From Pseudogymnoascus verrucosus (Eukaryota): 61,702 nucleotides of DNA. Of this stretch, positions 37,594-53,753 are shown one piece after another. Both the position numbers and the translations under genes were made by a program. Positions within the stretch are counted from its first letter, which is position 1; every line of letters starts with the position of its first letter. The notes beneath the pieces were generated by a model. It worked only from the letters and a program-made list of their open reading frames with translations, was not told where the DNA came from and made no database searches. Location of the stretch: the NCBI GenBank assembly GCA_001662655.1, contig KV460281.1; one strand, 5' to 3'.

Positions 37594-39992
37594 TTACTTC
37601 CAACTTGTTGAGACCAGTTGAGTACACATTCCATCTGTACCCGCTACTGTATCCACCCTATTGCTTCCACTTTCCCACGTCACTGCTCCTAAGCTACTAA
37701 CCATAATAAACTTATACTCAAAGTACGTTCCGGGTGCGAAGTTAATAGTTGCTGACCACAAAGGATTCGAACTCGTGTATTTGCTTGCACTCAACGGTAC
37801 TCCGTTCGCTGTATTCCAGCTCCCGAGGGCAGCGATTGACCCTACGATCTTGATATTGGTGCCATATATAGTTGTAACCAACTTATTAAATGTGACTGCA
37901 ACCGAAGAGCAACCTGTGGGCGCAGTGGTGCTTGTAGTCGGCGCAGTGGTGCTTGTCGTCGACGCAGTGGTGCTTGTCGTCGGCACAGTGGTGCTTGTCG
38001 TCGGCACAGTGGTGCTTGTAGTCGGCACAGTGGTGCTTGTCCTTCCTGAAGTCGTTGCCGTCGCTACAGTAGAGAACGTGGTCGATACTGTCGCACTAGT
38101 AGACGACACTACACAAAGCAGGGACTCGGTATCAGCACAGTTCTCACGACGGCTCCATTACGACGATTGTAGAGGGGTGGGAAGACAAACCAATCAACGC
38201 GCTGCAGATACCGCTCCCCGACAAGTTCGCCGAGGGGTAAAGCACGCGCGGCAAACCACCCGACATAGTGATAACGACATTCCCTGACGAGTCCGCAGTA
38301 TACGCCGGGCAGCTTAAAACCTCTATAACTGCCTGGTTAGCTGTGAATCCTGTATTCGCAAAGTTCAACGTCAGTGTATATGCAGAACTACTAGCGCCCT
38401 TATTAGTGAAAACGCCGACGGTCTGCGACCCAGCAGCCCCCTTCTTTAACAGCACCATCTGGGTATTCAGCTGGGTTGCCACAGCCACATACGTCACCTA
38501 TGAGCTGTCCCTGGCTATTGCAAAGTTGCGAATTTGGTTCACCTGCTTCACAAACCCGTACTGTACGCTGCCGGTATTGTATCCACTCAGCCAGGTGGCT
38601 TCGCGGTCGGACGGCACGGCGCCGCCTCTGTACCCTTGTTCTTGACCAGCGTTGATGATGGGAATACCATCCATGAGCATAGTGAAGGCAATGGCATTCT
38701 TCTGAAGTGACAAATCCGAGGTCAACGAGGGAAATCGTGCAACGTCGTGATTTTCAAGGAAAGATCCTAAGAGCGTGGTGTCGCTGCACGAGAGTTTCAT
38801 GGTGTTGATGCCGTTTACTAGGTTCGAAATGGAGCCTGAGGTGGATTGGAAACCCTGCGTTATCCAATAGTATCTACGTCACTATTAGTAATGAAATGGC
38901 TTCGTGGTAAGTACGTTGGAGAGTCAAACGCTGGGAAATTCATCAGTCCTGTCATAGACGTTTGGTAGGGACAAACATAGGCTGGATCGCCATTGAAGAC
39001 CTCGCCTAGGACGTGCATGCCACCAGCGGCAGCCTGGAAGGACGGCCAGAAGTTATTGTTGACTTGCTGTACGGAGTCGATGCGTAGGCCATCGATGGAA
39101 TAGTCTGACACAAGCTGCATAATCCACGCATAATCCACGCATTGAAGATGGATTGGACATCTGAATCTTCCGTGCGAAGATCGGGGAGGGACACGGTATT
39201 ACTGCCCTCCCAGCAAGTCTTGATGCTGTTTATGTCACTGTAGTTTATGAGGCAGAAAGGATGGAAGTAAGATTGCTGTAGATTTATTAACTCCTGTCTC
39301 TATGAGGCAAACTTGGGTGCACAATAGCGTACCGAGTTGAAAGGGCTAAGGGTGCTGTAATCGACACAGGCTCCACAGCCAGCGTAAGCCATGTGGTTCG
39401 TCACAACATCGACCATAAGGTACTACTACTGTCAGCTGTCATAAAAAATACAGCGCGTCTAGAGCAAGAGCGTGAGTCACCAGCCAACCGCTACCTGTGA
39501 CAGCGCTGTCATTGCTAGGAAACTTACCATCCCTCTTGCATGGAGTGCCGCCGAAAGGTCCTTGAGATCCTGCACGGTTCCAAATTTTTGATTCAGCTGG
39601 TTAATATCCGCGCCCAGTAGCCATGGTACGAAGAGCCATCGCTTGTCTGTGCCGAAATCTGCTTAACAACTGGGGAGATCCAGACCTGTATTCTATATTA
39701 ACTTTGTTCACTCGAAAATCCTAAACGGGAGGGAGTAGCACACAGCTGTAAAACCCATTCCCTGAATGTAATCTAGGTGGTTCACAATGCCTCTCCATGA
39801 CCCGCCACAATAAGCCTGAGCCGCAGTATTACAGGCCGCAGTTGTAGAACCATCGGTCCGCGCAAAGCGGTCCGTTAGGACCTGATAGATGGACTGGCTG
39901 CGCCACTGTGCAGGACTGTGCGCTTGAACTGCTGCTAGGTCAAAGACAGAAAGGGCGGCGAGGGTCAGAGGAGCGAGGTTGCGGAAACGCAT
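37594..39992 (-). pseudogene. Alpha-amylase (GH13) with CBM20, pseudogene
   Basis: [36 protein letters not shown]20 LGSWN..WESGSNR; -1 frameshift at ~39610, 11-bp duplication at 39118-39139, in-frame TAG at 38498-38500. Confidence 0.9.
37920..38040. repeat. 21-bp coding tandem repeat (TTSTT[VA][PS]) in the amylase linker
   Basis: About 6 units of (g/a)cagtggtgcttgt(a/c)gtcg(g/a)c. Confidence 0.85.
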
Positions 39993-41599
39993 GGTCGTGT
40001 AAGCACTTTGTAGAATCGGAGTTATATGCCCTGTGCTGGGTTTTGGCGTTTTGGCGTCTTGGCAAATAAGCAAAATTGAGATGCAAGTTCTCGGGAGCCA
40101 TGACCTACGAGGGGAGTTGAGTGCTTTTTATACATGCTCTATTACACTATACCCACATGTGGTATATCTTTGCCCTACGTACTCAAAATTTTGCTGCTTT
40201 GTTTTAGAATAAATACTGTCCACAATATACTATGTTTGCTAGTTGGGATTCATGAGCAGAGCCTAGGAAGGGGGGTAATAATTGTTTTGGTGGTGAATTG
40301 AGAGTGTCGCCCTTCATTGACCACTTCTCAATTTAATGTAGAGTATATTCAGATCGGCCCGTACAGAGTTCTGGACTATCCCTAGGGCATGAGTGGATTG
40401 ATTTAAAGAGGCAGAGTAATTTATCTTCAGTATCGCGAAATATTAGCTCCGAAGCTGCAAATTCGGTCCTTTTACAGTTTCTCTCCGGCTGCCCCAACTT
40501 CTCCATTTTCCAACCCGCCATGTGATGGTATGCGGCACATCATACGAGGAAAATGGCCCGTGCAAAACAGGGGTTGTCCCCGCTCCCCCATTCTTCCCGC
40601 TGTCGTTAATTAAGTCTGGTTATCCTGGTCACTTGAATGGCAACCACTGTGTAGCTCAGCAATAATGGGGTTAACCCCTCCGACTCCCTCCCCCGCAAAC
40701 CTTGTCTCGTTCTTATGCACCTTAAGGCCGTTAGTAAGGACAACAGCACTAAATACGAGAACAGGGCACTAGATCGACATCCGTTCACAAAAAAGCATCT
40801 GTTGAGCCTTTCCCATTTAAACGGTAAATTAAGAGTCTAGAACTGCGTCGCATTGACGGTCACACCCATCTCAATGCTTTTGAATATCGTAAGGTTAAAA
40901 GGTTACCACCAAAGGCGTGCCGTGCGGAAATGATTTTTGTCTGGTTTAATATCCCGATGGACGGCATTAAGTTGCACCGTACTGCCGATGGCGTGCCGAA
41001 AGAGTTCCTTGGCTGTATAGCTAGACATTCCGGAGTCAATCGTGTGCCACAACCTTAGCCGGCGTATCTAGGGCTGGGTCCTAATACGGACAGCGACCTG
41101 TGCCATGTTAGGGGAACACGTGTGCCATAGATGTGAAAAATGTTATTGAACGGTGGACCCTTTACAACAGTACTCTGTATCCTACGGAGAGATATTTAAT
41201 TGTGCCGAAGCCACATAGGTGACCTCAAAAGGCCAAAGTGGCGCCAGTTAGAGCTGCTTCCTTTGTGCGGCGTCACTAGATCATTTCCAAAGGCCCGATC
41301 AGATGATGGCATGGCAACTAGTGAGGGTAGGTTTACGACTGTCGCTCAGCAAGTGAGACTAGACATTACCTTGGCATATGATATTGTGAAGTTTTTTTTT
41401 GCTCTCTCTACTATCAGTTCTCTGTTGTTGGTCCTACTTTGCGGCTACTTTGCGCCTCCGCCGGTCTCTGTGTCGAGGCATCTAAGACTCTAAATTTCTA
41501 TATAATCGCCATGAATTCCCGCTTTATCTCCCTTTTTCATCCTCACCATCATTCTTACCATTCTTTCGTCCTTGTCTAAAAGTTGGCCTTTACTCCATC

Positions 41600-43705
<2,106 letters not shown>

Positions 43706-43727
43706 ATTGCCTAACAAATGTACCTAG

Positions 43728-44106
43728 TGTTAGGGCTAACCCGGTTGCTTACGGTCTCTTCCCGCTTTTCGGTGGTTCGCAAAAGCGTCGCCTTTGGCGT
43801 TTGGCTATGCTCCCCAGTTGGCTCGGGTTCGGTTGGTGGCTTTGGGCAGAATGCAGCCACCGAATTCTATCACATCTGAAACTGAGAGCCTTCAGCTCGT
43901 CAAGGTTTCTGGGCCCCCCGAAACCTATATTATACAATACGTACGTAGGCCCGTAGTTAGTGTAGAAATTCAATCGATTCATTTATTCTATATAGTATAG
44001 TCTACTGTTGATCTTTCTGCACGTTGCACCAAGAGTAAGAAGTTCCGGCCACAGGAGATACTCGCAATTTGTGTGTGATCCCTGTATTCCGGTGCTCTCT
44101 CCAACA
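43728..44106 (+). mobile_element. Diverged solo LTR of the 34482 family
   Basis: TGTTAG...CCAACA, 379 bp; shares cgtacgtaggcccgtag and agttccggccac..gtattccggt blocks with 34482-34856; no TSD. Confidence 0.7.
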
Positions 44107-44950
44107 GAAATTGATGGGGCGGAGGAAGAGCCTGAAACAGGGGCTGTCCACATTCTTGGCACTGCTGTGATAAGTGCCACACTTGCAATGCTTGACTTGT
44201 ACTAGTATACTCTAGAGTACGATGATATACTTTGCACCCTGCTCACTGCCAAAGTATGCTCGATAAACTGATTTTATTGTTCATACAATAAAACAAACTA
44301 AAGGTAGGCGTGTCCGGATTGTATTGTTGTCACGAAAGTTGACCGTAGTATGTGCATAGAAAGGCTATGGCTATGACCCTCCTTGGAACGCTTCGCGAAG
44401 ACAAACGACAAACCTTCGTTTGTCTTCACGTGGGTGCATAACAGGTAGGTACATACTGTACGGGGTGACGAAAGTAGTGATGTGCTGATGTACTAGTGAA
44501 TCCTAACCAGACCGGTGTGCTCGCTCCCGACTAGTTTCCGTGAGGCTGAGAGTCTCCTCCTTGGCATCGAGAGGCAGTGGACGCGCTGGATGTTGTCCGT
44601 TAAGTCAGACAGAAGATGAACAAACTAGCATTGGGAGTCCATTAATAACTGATTCAATTCTCATATTACTTTACGAATACTTGTGCTGCTCGGAAGACTA
44701 CTGTACTGTGCTGTACTGTACAGATCGGTATTGTATTCTACTGAGAGGCGGTGCTTCCATTCCAGCTGCTTTAACTTGCCTTACTTGGTGTGTGCCAGGG
44801 TGATAGATTCGTTCGGCTTGGAGGGTACGGGTGATTACGCCACAATGTTGGTTGGTAACTGCGGCTATTTACCAAATCGTAGACTCTTCATAATGGAGCA
44901 TTTGCCAACTTTAAAAGCCAGCAAGTACGCTCTAATCTCCGTCTCCAAAA

Positions 44951-46790
44951 ATGGCTTCTTCTTAGTTCACGTACAATATTACACACCCTTATCCTTTCAG
45001 ATGGTTTACCCCCTTGGTTGTGATATGCAGCATCCTTGCCTTGCTATTAGTCACAATCCTGAATCTGGTTACAGCTGGCTACGTTTTAAGGTAGGTGTAT
45101 TACTGTCTGGAGAGCACCATACTGACTGAAGTTTAGCACAGAATCTTCGCAGAATCTCAATGCGACCATTGCTGCTAATGGCCTTTGGTTCCGAACCTGG
45201 CCATCATATTTTTCTAGCAAAGTATTAGCCTGATTCTGTTCGGAAAACTAGCCCTTTCATACTAAAGCTGGTTTTTAGATGCAACCATCTTGCGAACCTG
45301 TTACTCTACCAGTTGGATCTCGTAGGTTACTCTCTTCTCTACACTGAGTAAGTGAGCTAACGAGAGGAACAAGGTTTTTTTACAAACCATACTGGTCTGA
45401 CTTACACATTAGTTAGCGTGACAGACCCCCCAACAGGTGCTGTTGGTGGTGCTATGTCACCTTCACTAAGCTACTTGAATCAACCCCTTGAGAATTGTGA
45501 GGTCAGCTTGGTTCAGATAGAAGTGTCTAGCGCAGATAGAACTGCATGGCAGTTTGCAACAACGCCATGGGGATCAGCCTCGCGAGTGGGTTTCCTCATT
45601 TATCACTCTACCAAGCTCTTTGTAACACCCGGGTTCTAGGTATTCATTACTTGCGGCGTATTTGGCCCAAATGGGTTCACATCACTTAACCTTACTGTCG
45701 AGTATGATCTTCTACCAACAAGCATGGCAGGTTTCAATCAAGGGACCTTCAAGTTTCTGCAATCGGATAAGCAAAATGGTGCTGCTTTGTGGTGGGGAGA
45801 ATCGCTACTGTAAGCTGCCTATCTCAGTACTATATTTCTACTTGTTAATCGTCAGGTCAATATATTGGAATGAAGTTTCCTATACGATGTAGAGTATCCG
45901 AGATGAAGAAAGCAAGAAGGGCAAAGGGATCTTAAGGAAAGGCTCGATTGGTACTTTCTCCATTCTCCTTGCAATATTCGGATCCCACCATAACTGAACA
46001 TCCTTGACCCCTAGCACTACCCAGCGCGACATCACCCAGCTGGACTTTTTTGATCTCAACTATCGTTTCATCAAGGACAGCACCTACGAATTGTCTTACA
46101 CCCAGGCGGGAATAAAAACGACATTAAGGATTCGAGCGCTAAAAATGAGTACCCAAATATCTGGCTTCTCGCTGACAATCTCGGGAAATCCCTCTTCTCG
46201 GTCGCTCTCTTAGACCTGGGACAAAAAGCATCCAGCATCCTTACAGATACAGCAGTTTTTCAGAAGTATACAGAAGAATTCCCTGAACTCATATCCTTGC
46301 CCGGGATGAATGTCGCAACGGGTCCCGCAAAAGCCAGCTATGAAAATCTAAAGAACAGTACGGGGCCACTGGAAACCTCACCAGCTATCATCTCAGCGAA
46401 GTACTTATGTCAAGTGCCACGGAGGAGGGCGATGGGAACGCTCATTATGGCACTCATTCTAGCGAATCTAGTCTTGCTGCGCGCGTCTTGGGCGCTGCTT
46501 ACATTCTTCACTTCGTTCTATGTGGCACAATTTGATCCGGCTGGTACGTGACTTCCACAATATCGCTACGACTAAAGACAAATGGATCTAACGGGGTTGT
46601 TTGCTATAGCGCATCATTGTGTAGGGTGTATTAAACAAACTATAAGTTCCCCAGTAAGTAGAAGAAAACCAGTTGCAGGAAAGTTTGAACAAACGACAAG
46701 GGGGATCTATGAGCCAGTAAGAGGGAGGACATAGAGCATAGGAGAGCAGGTTAGACGTAGAACGAAATGGCATGATATTTAATAGCCGGG
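44951..46790 (+). pseudogene. Fungal transmembrane hypothetical protein pseudogene
   Basis: MASS*FTYNITHPYPFRWFTPLVV..NLVTAGY; later LLWWGESLL and AKYLCQVPRRR..LILANLV; several in-frame TAG stops; 3' end approximate. Confidence 0.65.
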
Positions 46791-47026
46791 TAGAATGATC
46801 AATTTGACACGCACCAAGTGAAGCAGCCGGATAGGGCCACACTAACGTAGAGTACTGTAGTTAGAATAGCATAGTCGACTCGATTGATTAAACTAAAACA
46901 TAAACCAGGTGTCCCCGTAATAGAACCTACCTGTATTTGAGGGCCAGAAGTTGCTGCTCTTTGAGATTCACAGAAAGGGAAGTTGAGGAACATAAACCAA
47001 CATTACAGGGACAAAAAAAAATTATA

Positions 47027-47061
47027 GCAACGATGGATTTATACCACTAAGCCACTGCTGC
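47027..47061 (-). pseudogene. tRNA-Gly 5'-half relic with homologous flanks
   Basis: gcaacgatggatttataccactaagccactgctgc vs 27409-27442; flank similarity runs ~47000-47250 vs ~27310-27640. Confidence 0.8.
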
Positions 47062-47563
47062 TAGATTGTTGTTAGCCAATCGTGTATTGCCGTATATGGA
47101 CTTTGGAGCACGTTTCCATGATGTTGATCGCAGCATTCACAACTCGCTGCTTTTGCCATGCGCCATTTTCATGTTTTCGCCACTTGCAAAAGCAGCTCCC
47201 CTTAGGCGTTGGTCGAAGTGGGCATGCAACTAGGGTTCTGCCCATCATTAGAGGGCTGAGAACCGAAAGTAACTACTATATGGTGTAGGGTGTTTTGTTT
47301 TAGCCCTCCTACACTCTGCCTAGCCTAAGGAGGAGCCAGAATAGGGGTTGAATGAACAGAAGATGGCTAATTGCGCTAGTTCTAAGGTCACCGCTACAAA
47401 TGGACCGTCGGCATTATAATTATCTGCTACGTTTGTCGGACGCTATTTGTAGTAATACTTTAGTAGCTCACTCGCCTGTGTGGCACAGTCGCATGTGAAA
47501 TACGTTATAGAATTTGTTCTAGAACTAATAAACGATAGAACAGTTACTCTCTAATTAGTCGCT

Positions 47564-48702
47564 TTAAACGCCAACAGTCTTTAGTGAGTTGACAGTATCA
47601 ACGATAGTCTTCTCGAATGGGGTAAACTCAATACCTAGGACCTGCTTTGTCTGGCTGTTGTCAAGTTTATACACGCCTTCCGCTGGGTAGTCACCGCCCT
47701 GGTCCTGAGGACCCGGCAACCTATCGTTATATTCGGGGAAGTTTTTCCTAATAATATCTACCATCACCTTGTTCGTGAAGTATCCGGCTGCGAAGAAGAA
47801 CCTCTTGCCGCCCGCCTCTGGCTTCTCCATGGCTAGGACATGGCCAAGGGCGAGGTCGCGTACATCAGTCCAAAGGAAGGTTATAGTTGGTGGGATCCCG
47901 TCCTTGTAGCTGCCTTGAACAAACCCGTTGATAAGCTGATTCGAGGTATTGAGGGCATTAAGTGAGGTAAGATTGTGCGTGACGGGCCCGAAGACAAATG
48001 GAGGGGCCAACGTCGCGAGGGTGAAGTTGGGCTTTTCCTTCTCGACAAAGTCCCATGCGGCGCGCTCTGCGAAGAGTTTACTGCCTGTAGTTTTTAATTA
48101 TCAGATCTATCCTTGAAGTAGAAAGGTAAGCTACTGAACACACCTGTATAAGCAAAGGCGGCGTTCATTAACGCCTGCTCATGCGTCATGGGATTCCAGT
48201 CAACCTCAGAGTATGTGTGCTCTGGCCAATTACCCTTAAACGGGTTCATGATCGCGGCGAATGACGAAGTAATTACAACCCTTTTCACTGTAGGAGCGCT
48301 CTTCTTGATCGACTTAAGGATACCAGCCGTGCCAAGAATGGCGGGATCTAGCAGTTGCTTCTGCACATCCGTAACATTGAAGTGGAAGGGACCGGCGGTG
48401 TGAATAACGGCTTCAAACGGTGGGTCTGATTTGACGGCATTGTCAAATGCGCCCTCAACGGCAATATCCTCGACAATGGAGAAGTCGAGCTTGTCCTTGC
48501 CAAAGCTAGAGTGCGCCTTCCTGATCTTGTCTGCCTTGTCTTGGCTGCGAACAGTGGTCACAACGGAGTGACTATGTAGAGAACACATTAGAGGCTTTGT
48601 TTGCCTAATTGGAAGTCCAAACACCTACCCCTGCTTAAGGAGGACATTGAGGACGTGAGTGGCAATGAAGCCGCTACCACCGGTAAGCAAGACGCGAGTC
48701 AT
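47564..48702 (-). CDS. NADPH-dependent aldehyde/methylglyoxal reductase (GRE2-like extended SDR)
   Basis: MTRVLLTGGSGFIA, VIHTAGPF, VVITSSFAA, YTGSKLFAERAAW, DVRDLALGH; two introns. Confidence 0.9.
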
Positions 48703-48921
48703 CGTGGAATTGGGTCGTTGGAAGCGATATCTAGAATAGAGAGGAGGCGATAGAGTAAAGTCTCGGCGTTTTCAAGTTATAAGATATAGACTCGACACTC
48801 ATGGGTGATCGCTGTGCTTTTTAAGTGACGAAATCAGTTGAACCCACCCGGAGTTAGCCTAATCACCGTTAACTATGCATTGATGTGAAAAGCAGGGTAA
48901 ATAATAGGGCATGTATGAAGT

Positions 48922-49777
48922 ACACACTCCGTCTCTCGCAACCGTAGTTTGACTTAGCGCTCATGCAAGCTCTACTAGTACGAAGTAATCAGTAAGGGAT
49001 ATGCTTACTACTATATTTGTACGACATGCTTCTAGGCTTATTCTATAAAATAATTGTGGGCATAGACCATGTCAGCCATTCTTAGCGTTCACGTAAAAAT
49101 GCACTCTGTTGGACTCAACCTAAGTCACCCAAGTCGTGGTTTCCTGATTTGGCAACGCATCACCGTAGCTCCAGCACTAGGTACAATAGCTTCCGAGACG
49201 AGCATCCTTTTGATGCTCTTCAATCAATCAATCAATCAATCAATTCAAGACTATTCAATGCATCGATGCCCTAATAAGTGACCTACCTCGGTCAACGCGC
49301 TCGTCGAGTACAACTATGTTCAGTTCATAACCATAAAGCTGTACTATACATACCCTTGCGATACAAAGGCTTCGGCATCCATGGCTTGCTATGTCTGAGT
49401 TGAAAAGCAGATCAGGGAGATGGATCGGAGTATGTTGGTTGTGAGTACCTCCCTCTCCTCTGATATCACAACCTTGTCTCGTAATTAGCGGCAGCTGCGC
49501 CAAACTGATCACCCAATAAACGAGCATAGCGACCTGAGAATGCCAAATGCCTGAATGAATTGTATTGAACTAAGTATAGCGGGTCATTAGGCACAGTTAG
49601 CTAAAAGCTCTCTAGCCTCGATACTTGTATTTTGAGTGGGAGTAATCGTCAGTTCGGTTGCAGATCCCTCCTTAAACTCGCCTTTGTAGATATAGTAATA
49701 AGCTTACCTCTTACTTTGTTAGTGGTAAGCTTACGTGAGCGCCAAGTCAGACTACGGTTGCGAGAGATGAAGTGTGT
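48922..49777. mobile_element. Element bounded by ~90-bp imperfect inverted repeats
   Basis: 48922-49017 vs reverse complement of 49690-49777 (core tctctcgcaaccgtagtYtgacttRgcgctcaYgYaagct); no TSD seen. Confidence 0.6.
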
Positions 49778-50334
49778 GATTAACGAGGAAGAATCAGAGT
49801 CAGAGAAACAGAGCTTACTATTCGCGGTCTATCCAAGTTCCGAACCTTTCAGATAGGTTTTAAATTCACGCAAAAGCCGCCACGGAGCCAAGAAGGCGGG
49901 ATGACGCAACCCCTAGCAAAGTGGCACGCTGTTCGGCCCCTGTTAATCAGGACTCGCCGCCCCCACTTTGCCCCGCATCCATTAATTCACCCATTATAGT
50001 ACCCACCTGCATCCTATGGTTCTGATCATCCTTCACCCGAATGGTCTCGATGATCTCTCAACATCCGATGGTCTCGATGAACCCTTACTAGGTACCTCTC
50101 ATTAATATATGAAGCTGACCTGATATTACCGTTGCTTGTTGTTTGTGCCACCTTCCCTACAGGGTCCAATTGGTTGAATGCGGCCCAGTCCGGGCCAATG
50201 CGGGCAGCCTTCTAGGTCAACGTGAAGGTAGGAGCAGCCCGAGAAATAAAATAAAAACAAACAACAAGCCAAGCAAGAAAGTCTATACACACCTCACCAT
50301 ACCTCAGTTCGTAACTAACCCTACAGAATCAATT

Positions 50335-52025
50335 ATGGCAGATATCATCATCGTTGGTGGCGGCATCGGCGGCGTCGTGCTTGCCTCAAGACTCCACCAA
50401 CGTAAGCCGGAGCTGTCCATCCTCCTCATTGAGGCAGGGCCCGATGTCACTGGCAAACCTCACATCTCTATCCCCGCCGAGGCTGCCCTCTTGCACTTCT
50501 CAGACCTCGACTATAAATACATGACGGTTCCCCAGAAGCACTTGAAAGGCGCGCTAAAATACAATTGCGCCATCAAGGGCCTGTCGGGCGGCACGATCAT
50601 CAACACTGGCGGCTGGATCCGTGGAGATAAACTCGACTACGACGAGTGGGCACGTGAAGTTAAGGACGACCGATGGAGCTACAATGGCCTGCTCCCTTAC
50701 TTCAAGCGGTCCGAGAAGCATTTCGATCCGAATGCGGACCCGGAGCAGCACGGCTTTGATGGCCCCGTCATCACTGCTTCCGTCAGCTCATCTGGCCGCA
50801 AGTTTCCGCTGCGTGACCACATCTTGAAGCTGTGGTCTAACCTTGGACTCAAACACATCCCTGATGCGAACAACGGCCACCCCCAGGGTATCACCGACCT
50901 AGTCGAAAACTGGAAAGACGGAAAGCGACAGATTGTCACTGACACATATCCTCTGGCCGGAGTGAAGGTGCTCACCGACACCCTGGTGCGTCGCGTCATC
51001 GTCAACGACGAGAAGGTTGCCATCGGTGTTGAACTAGCTAGCGGGGAGAAGCACCTGGTCAAGGAGGGAGGCCAAGTCGTTGTGTCTGGTGGCGCATATG
51101 GAACTCCCAAGATCCTCCAACTTTCTGGTATCGGAGACCCGGCCCTTCTTTCCCAGCATGGCATTACCACCGTCGTAGACCTGCCTGCAGTTGGCACCAA
51201 CTTGTTTGACCACCTGATGCTGTTCCGGTACTGGAAGCTGCGACATCCTGAAAAGGGCCTCTCCATTGGATCGCTACTCTTTGGTGGTCCCAACTACGAG
51301 AAAGGGGGACCAGTCGACTGGCTCGTCACGGTCCCAATCCCAACTGCGCCGCTCATGGCTGCGCTCGAGAAAGACGAAGGCCAGGTGTCTGACGACCATC
51401 CACTGCTCCAGAACCGCAGTCATCTAGAGATGAATCTTCTGTACGCCGCAATGGCTTCTGAAACCCAAGGACTCGCTGTTCCCATGGACGGAAACTCCAT
51501 CATGACTTTCTACATGGGCTGTCTGCCGACTTCGCGAGGTACCGTCACTCTAGGCTCAAGCGACCCTGCAGCGCCTCCCTTTATCGATCCCAACTACTAC
51601 GCCACGGAGGCGGACAAGCATGTCATGCGCGAGGGCTTCCGCATGCACTCGAAGCTCATGTTTGACACGCCTGAAGGCAAGGAACTTGTCGTCGAGGAAC
51701 ACACTCCTCCCGGTCACGCGGTTGCTGGTCTGGATGCTTCGGATGAGCAGATCGACGAGCGCATCAAGTTGGGAGGATCGACGGTGTTCCACCCTGGAGG
51801 TACGGCTGCCATGGGCAAGGTTGTTGATGCATCGCTCAAGGTTTACGGCGTGAAGAATCTTCGCGTTGTAGATGCCAGTGTGGTAAGTACTTGCTTATTA
51901 GATTTGACATGTTTCTGCAATGACTGACGACATCGTAGATTCCGCAACCGATTGCTTCGCACTACCAGGTCGCCGTCTATGCGATCGCTGAGCAGGCCGT
52001 CGACATCATTTTGGGCGAGCTCTGA
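50335..52025 (+). CDS. GMC oxidoreductase (intracellular, His/His active site)
   Basis: DIIIVGGGIGG, LSGGTIIN, PKILQLSGIG, VGTNLFDH, FHPGGT, LRVVDASV, SHYQ; intron 51883-51938. Confidence 0.92.
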
Positions 52026-53272
52026 AGTACCCCAGTGGAGTACTATCAAGTGTGATTATGGAGAAACGTGAGGTGACATCTGTCGCGCTCGCACCACTGA
52101 TGCTAGTTTCTTGTTAGCTGCCGGCGTATTCCAATTTAGGACTGGCTACTTTTACTACCATTTTTCGGCTTCGCGACAACGCAGAAGCAGCTGCTAGTTT
52201 CTTGTCCCCTGTTTCTATTTCTATAGCATCCTATATAGAATCGTACTCTTTTTTTTATTAGCTAGCCCTTAGTGGGATGATAGTATCAACTTAAAATCTC
52301 CACCTCGATTAATATTCGACTTCTAATATTGTCCCTGCAAACCTGCAAACTCTCCCGAGATCTACGAGTTAGCGTTCGATCTAGACCCGTCACTATGTTT
52401 ATAGTCATCATAATCGTTAGGGTGATTACAGTGTTCACCTTCGTTTACTATTACGCATTGCTACATATCGTACCACTGACTCGTCTAACTAATCCGCCTA
52501 GACTACATAGTCTTAATAACTTGCCTTTTAGGAAACTGCCTCTGGAGCTAGTAGGATACATAGCTAAATTCATGCTTCCCTTAGCTACTACATCGTTTAC
52601 TTTAACCTAAAAGTCTATATAGTTCATCTTAGGGAACTAATATCTCAACTAGCTTTAGGCAAGAAACTTTAAGCCTAGTAGGTGTATATTCCTAAAGCTC
52701 CTTAATAGGGATCTACCTTACTACGTTATATGCTTTCATTATAACAAACTCTACTATAGCACTATAAAACCAAAACAGCATTATAGCCTACTATTGTTGC
52801 TTTATAGCAAAGGGCTATAGTATAAGGTTGCTAATAAGAAGTAAGAAGTGTATTAATATAGTAACCTAAACTTTAACTATGTTTTATTCTAATTGCTTAT
52901 AAAACTAATTTGCTCTAACCATTATTAAGACTATAGATTAAAGGTTAACGAAATGATTAAATTTAAGAATAACCTACTTAGTTATAATATATAGTTTAAT
53001 TATAATACATACATCTATTAGAAAAGGTCTTATATCCTACTATTTAAAAATTGATTCCTATACTATAGACAAGACTAGCTTTGATTTTGCTATTAAGACT
53101 GTTTTATATTTATAAATAAAGACTGTATTTACTATAGGGGTAATAAAGACACTGTTTTAACTATCTTACTATCTCTAGTAGTTTGCCTACATCTATAATG
53201 CCTAGTTAAGAAATGTACCTCTAAAACTAAATTTAAGGCTATAATAACATACTAAGTAAGACATTAGAATAA

Positions 53273-53753
53273 TGTTACGGCTGAAACATGCAACCTATAT
53301 GCCGCAAGATAGAATAATAAGGTAAAATAGCTTGTAGCTAATTAGCAGCAGGAAATAGACGTAGAGATTGTAGGTAGCTTAGTTAATGAGGGCACCTTTA
53401 GGAAAAGGTACCTTTCTTAGAAGGTACCTAGCAAAAGAAAGGTGCCTATTAGGAAAGGCACCTATGTAGAGCAAGGTGCCTCCTTAGAAGGGCACCTATG
53501 GGAATCGGTACCTGCAATAAGTGTAGCACCTCTTATAGGACACACACGTGATTAGATTAGTAGGAATAGTGAGNNNNNNNNNNNNNNNNNNNNNNNNNNN
53601 NNNNNNNNNNNNNNNNNNNNNNNNNNNNNNNNNNNNNNNNNNNNNNNNNNNTGTTTTACAAAAGCCTTTATGTCTGATCCCCTACCTCCTCTATTAAGTA
53701 AACTAACGTAACGAAACCTCTATAAGTCTTATAGTTTAAGACCTAGCGTTACA
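53273..53753 (+). repeat. 5' LTR (contains assembly gap)
   Basis: TG...CA; matches the 3' LTR apart from transitions. Confidence 0.93.
53574..53651. other. Assembly gap (78 N)
   Basis: N run; the equivalent 3' LTR segment is 126 bp (60063-60188). Confidence 0.98.

Noticed and set aside
37661..38287. 208-aa + strand ORF with a VVLVVGT repeat
   Set aside because: Antisense shadow of the amylase Thr-rich linker and CBM20.
44397..44427. 12-bp perfect hairpin as a possible Helitron 3' end
   Set aside because: No CTRR terminus at the expected distance and no other Helitron evidence.
50143..50334. N-terminal extension of the GMC ORF
   Set aside because: Starts at TTG and looks like 5' UTR; the Rossmann motif begins right after ATG 50335.
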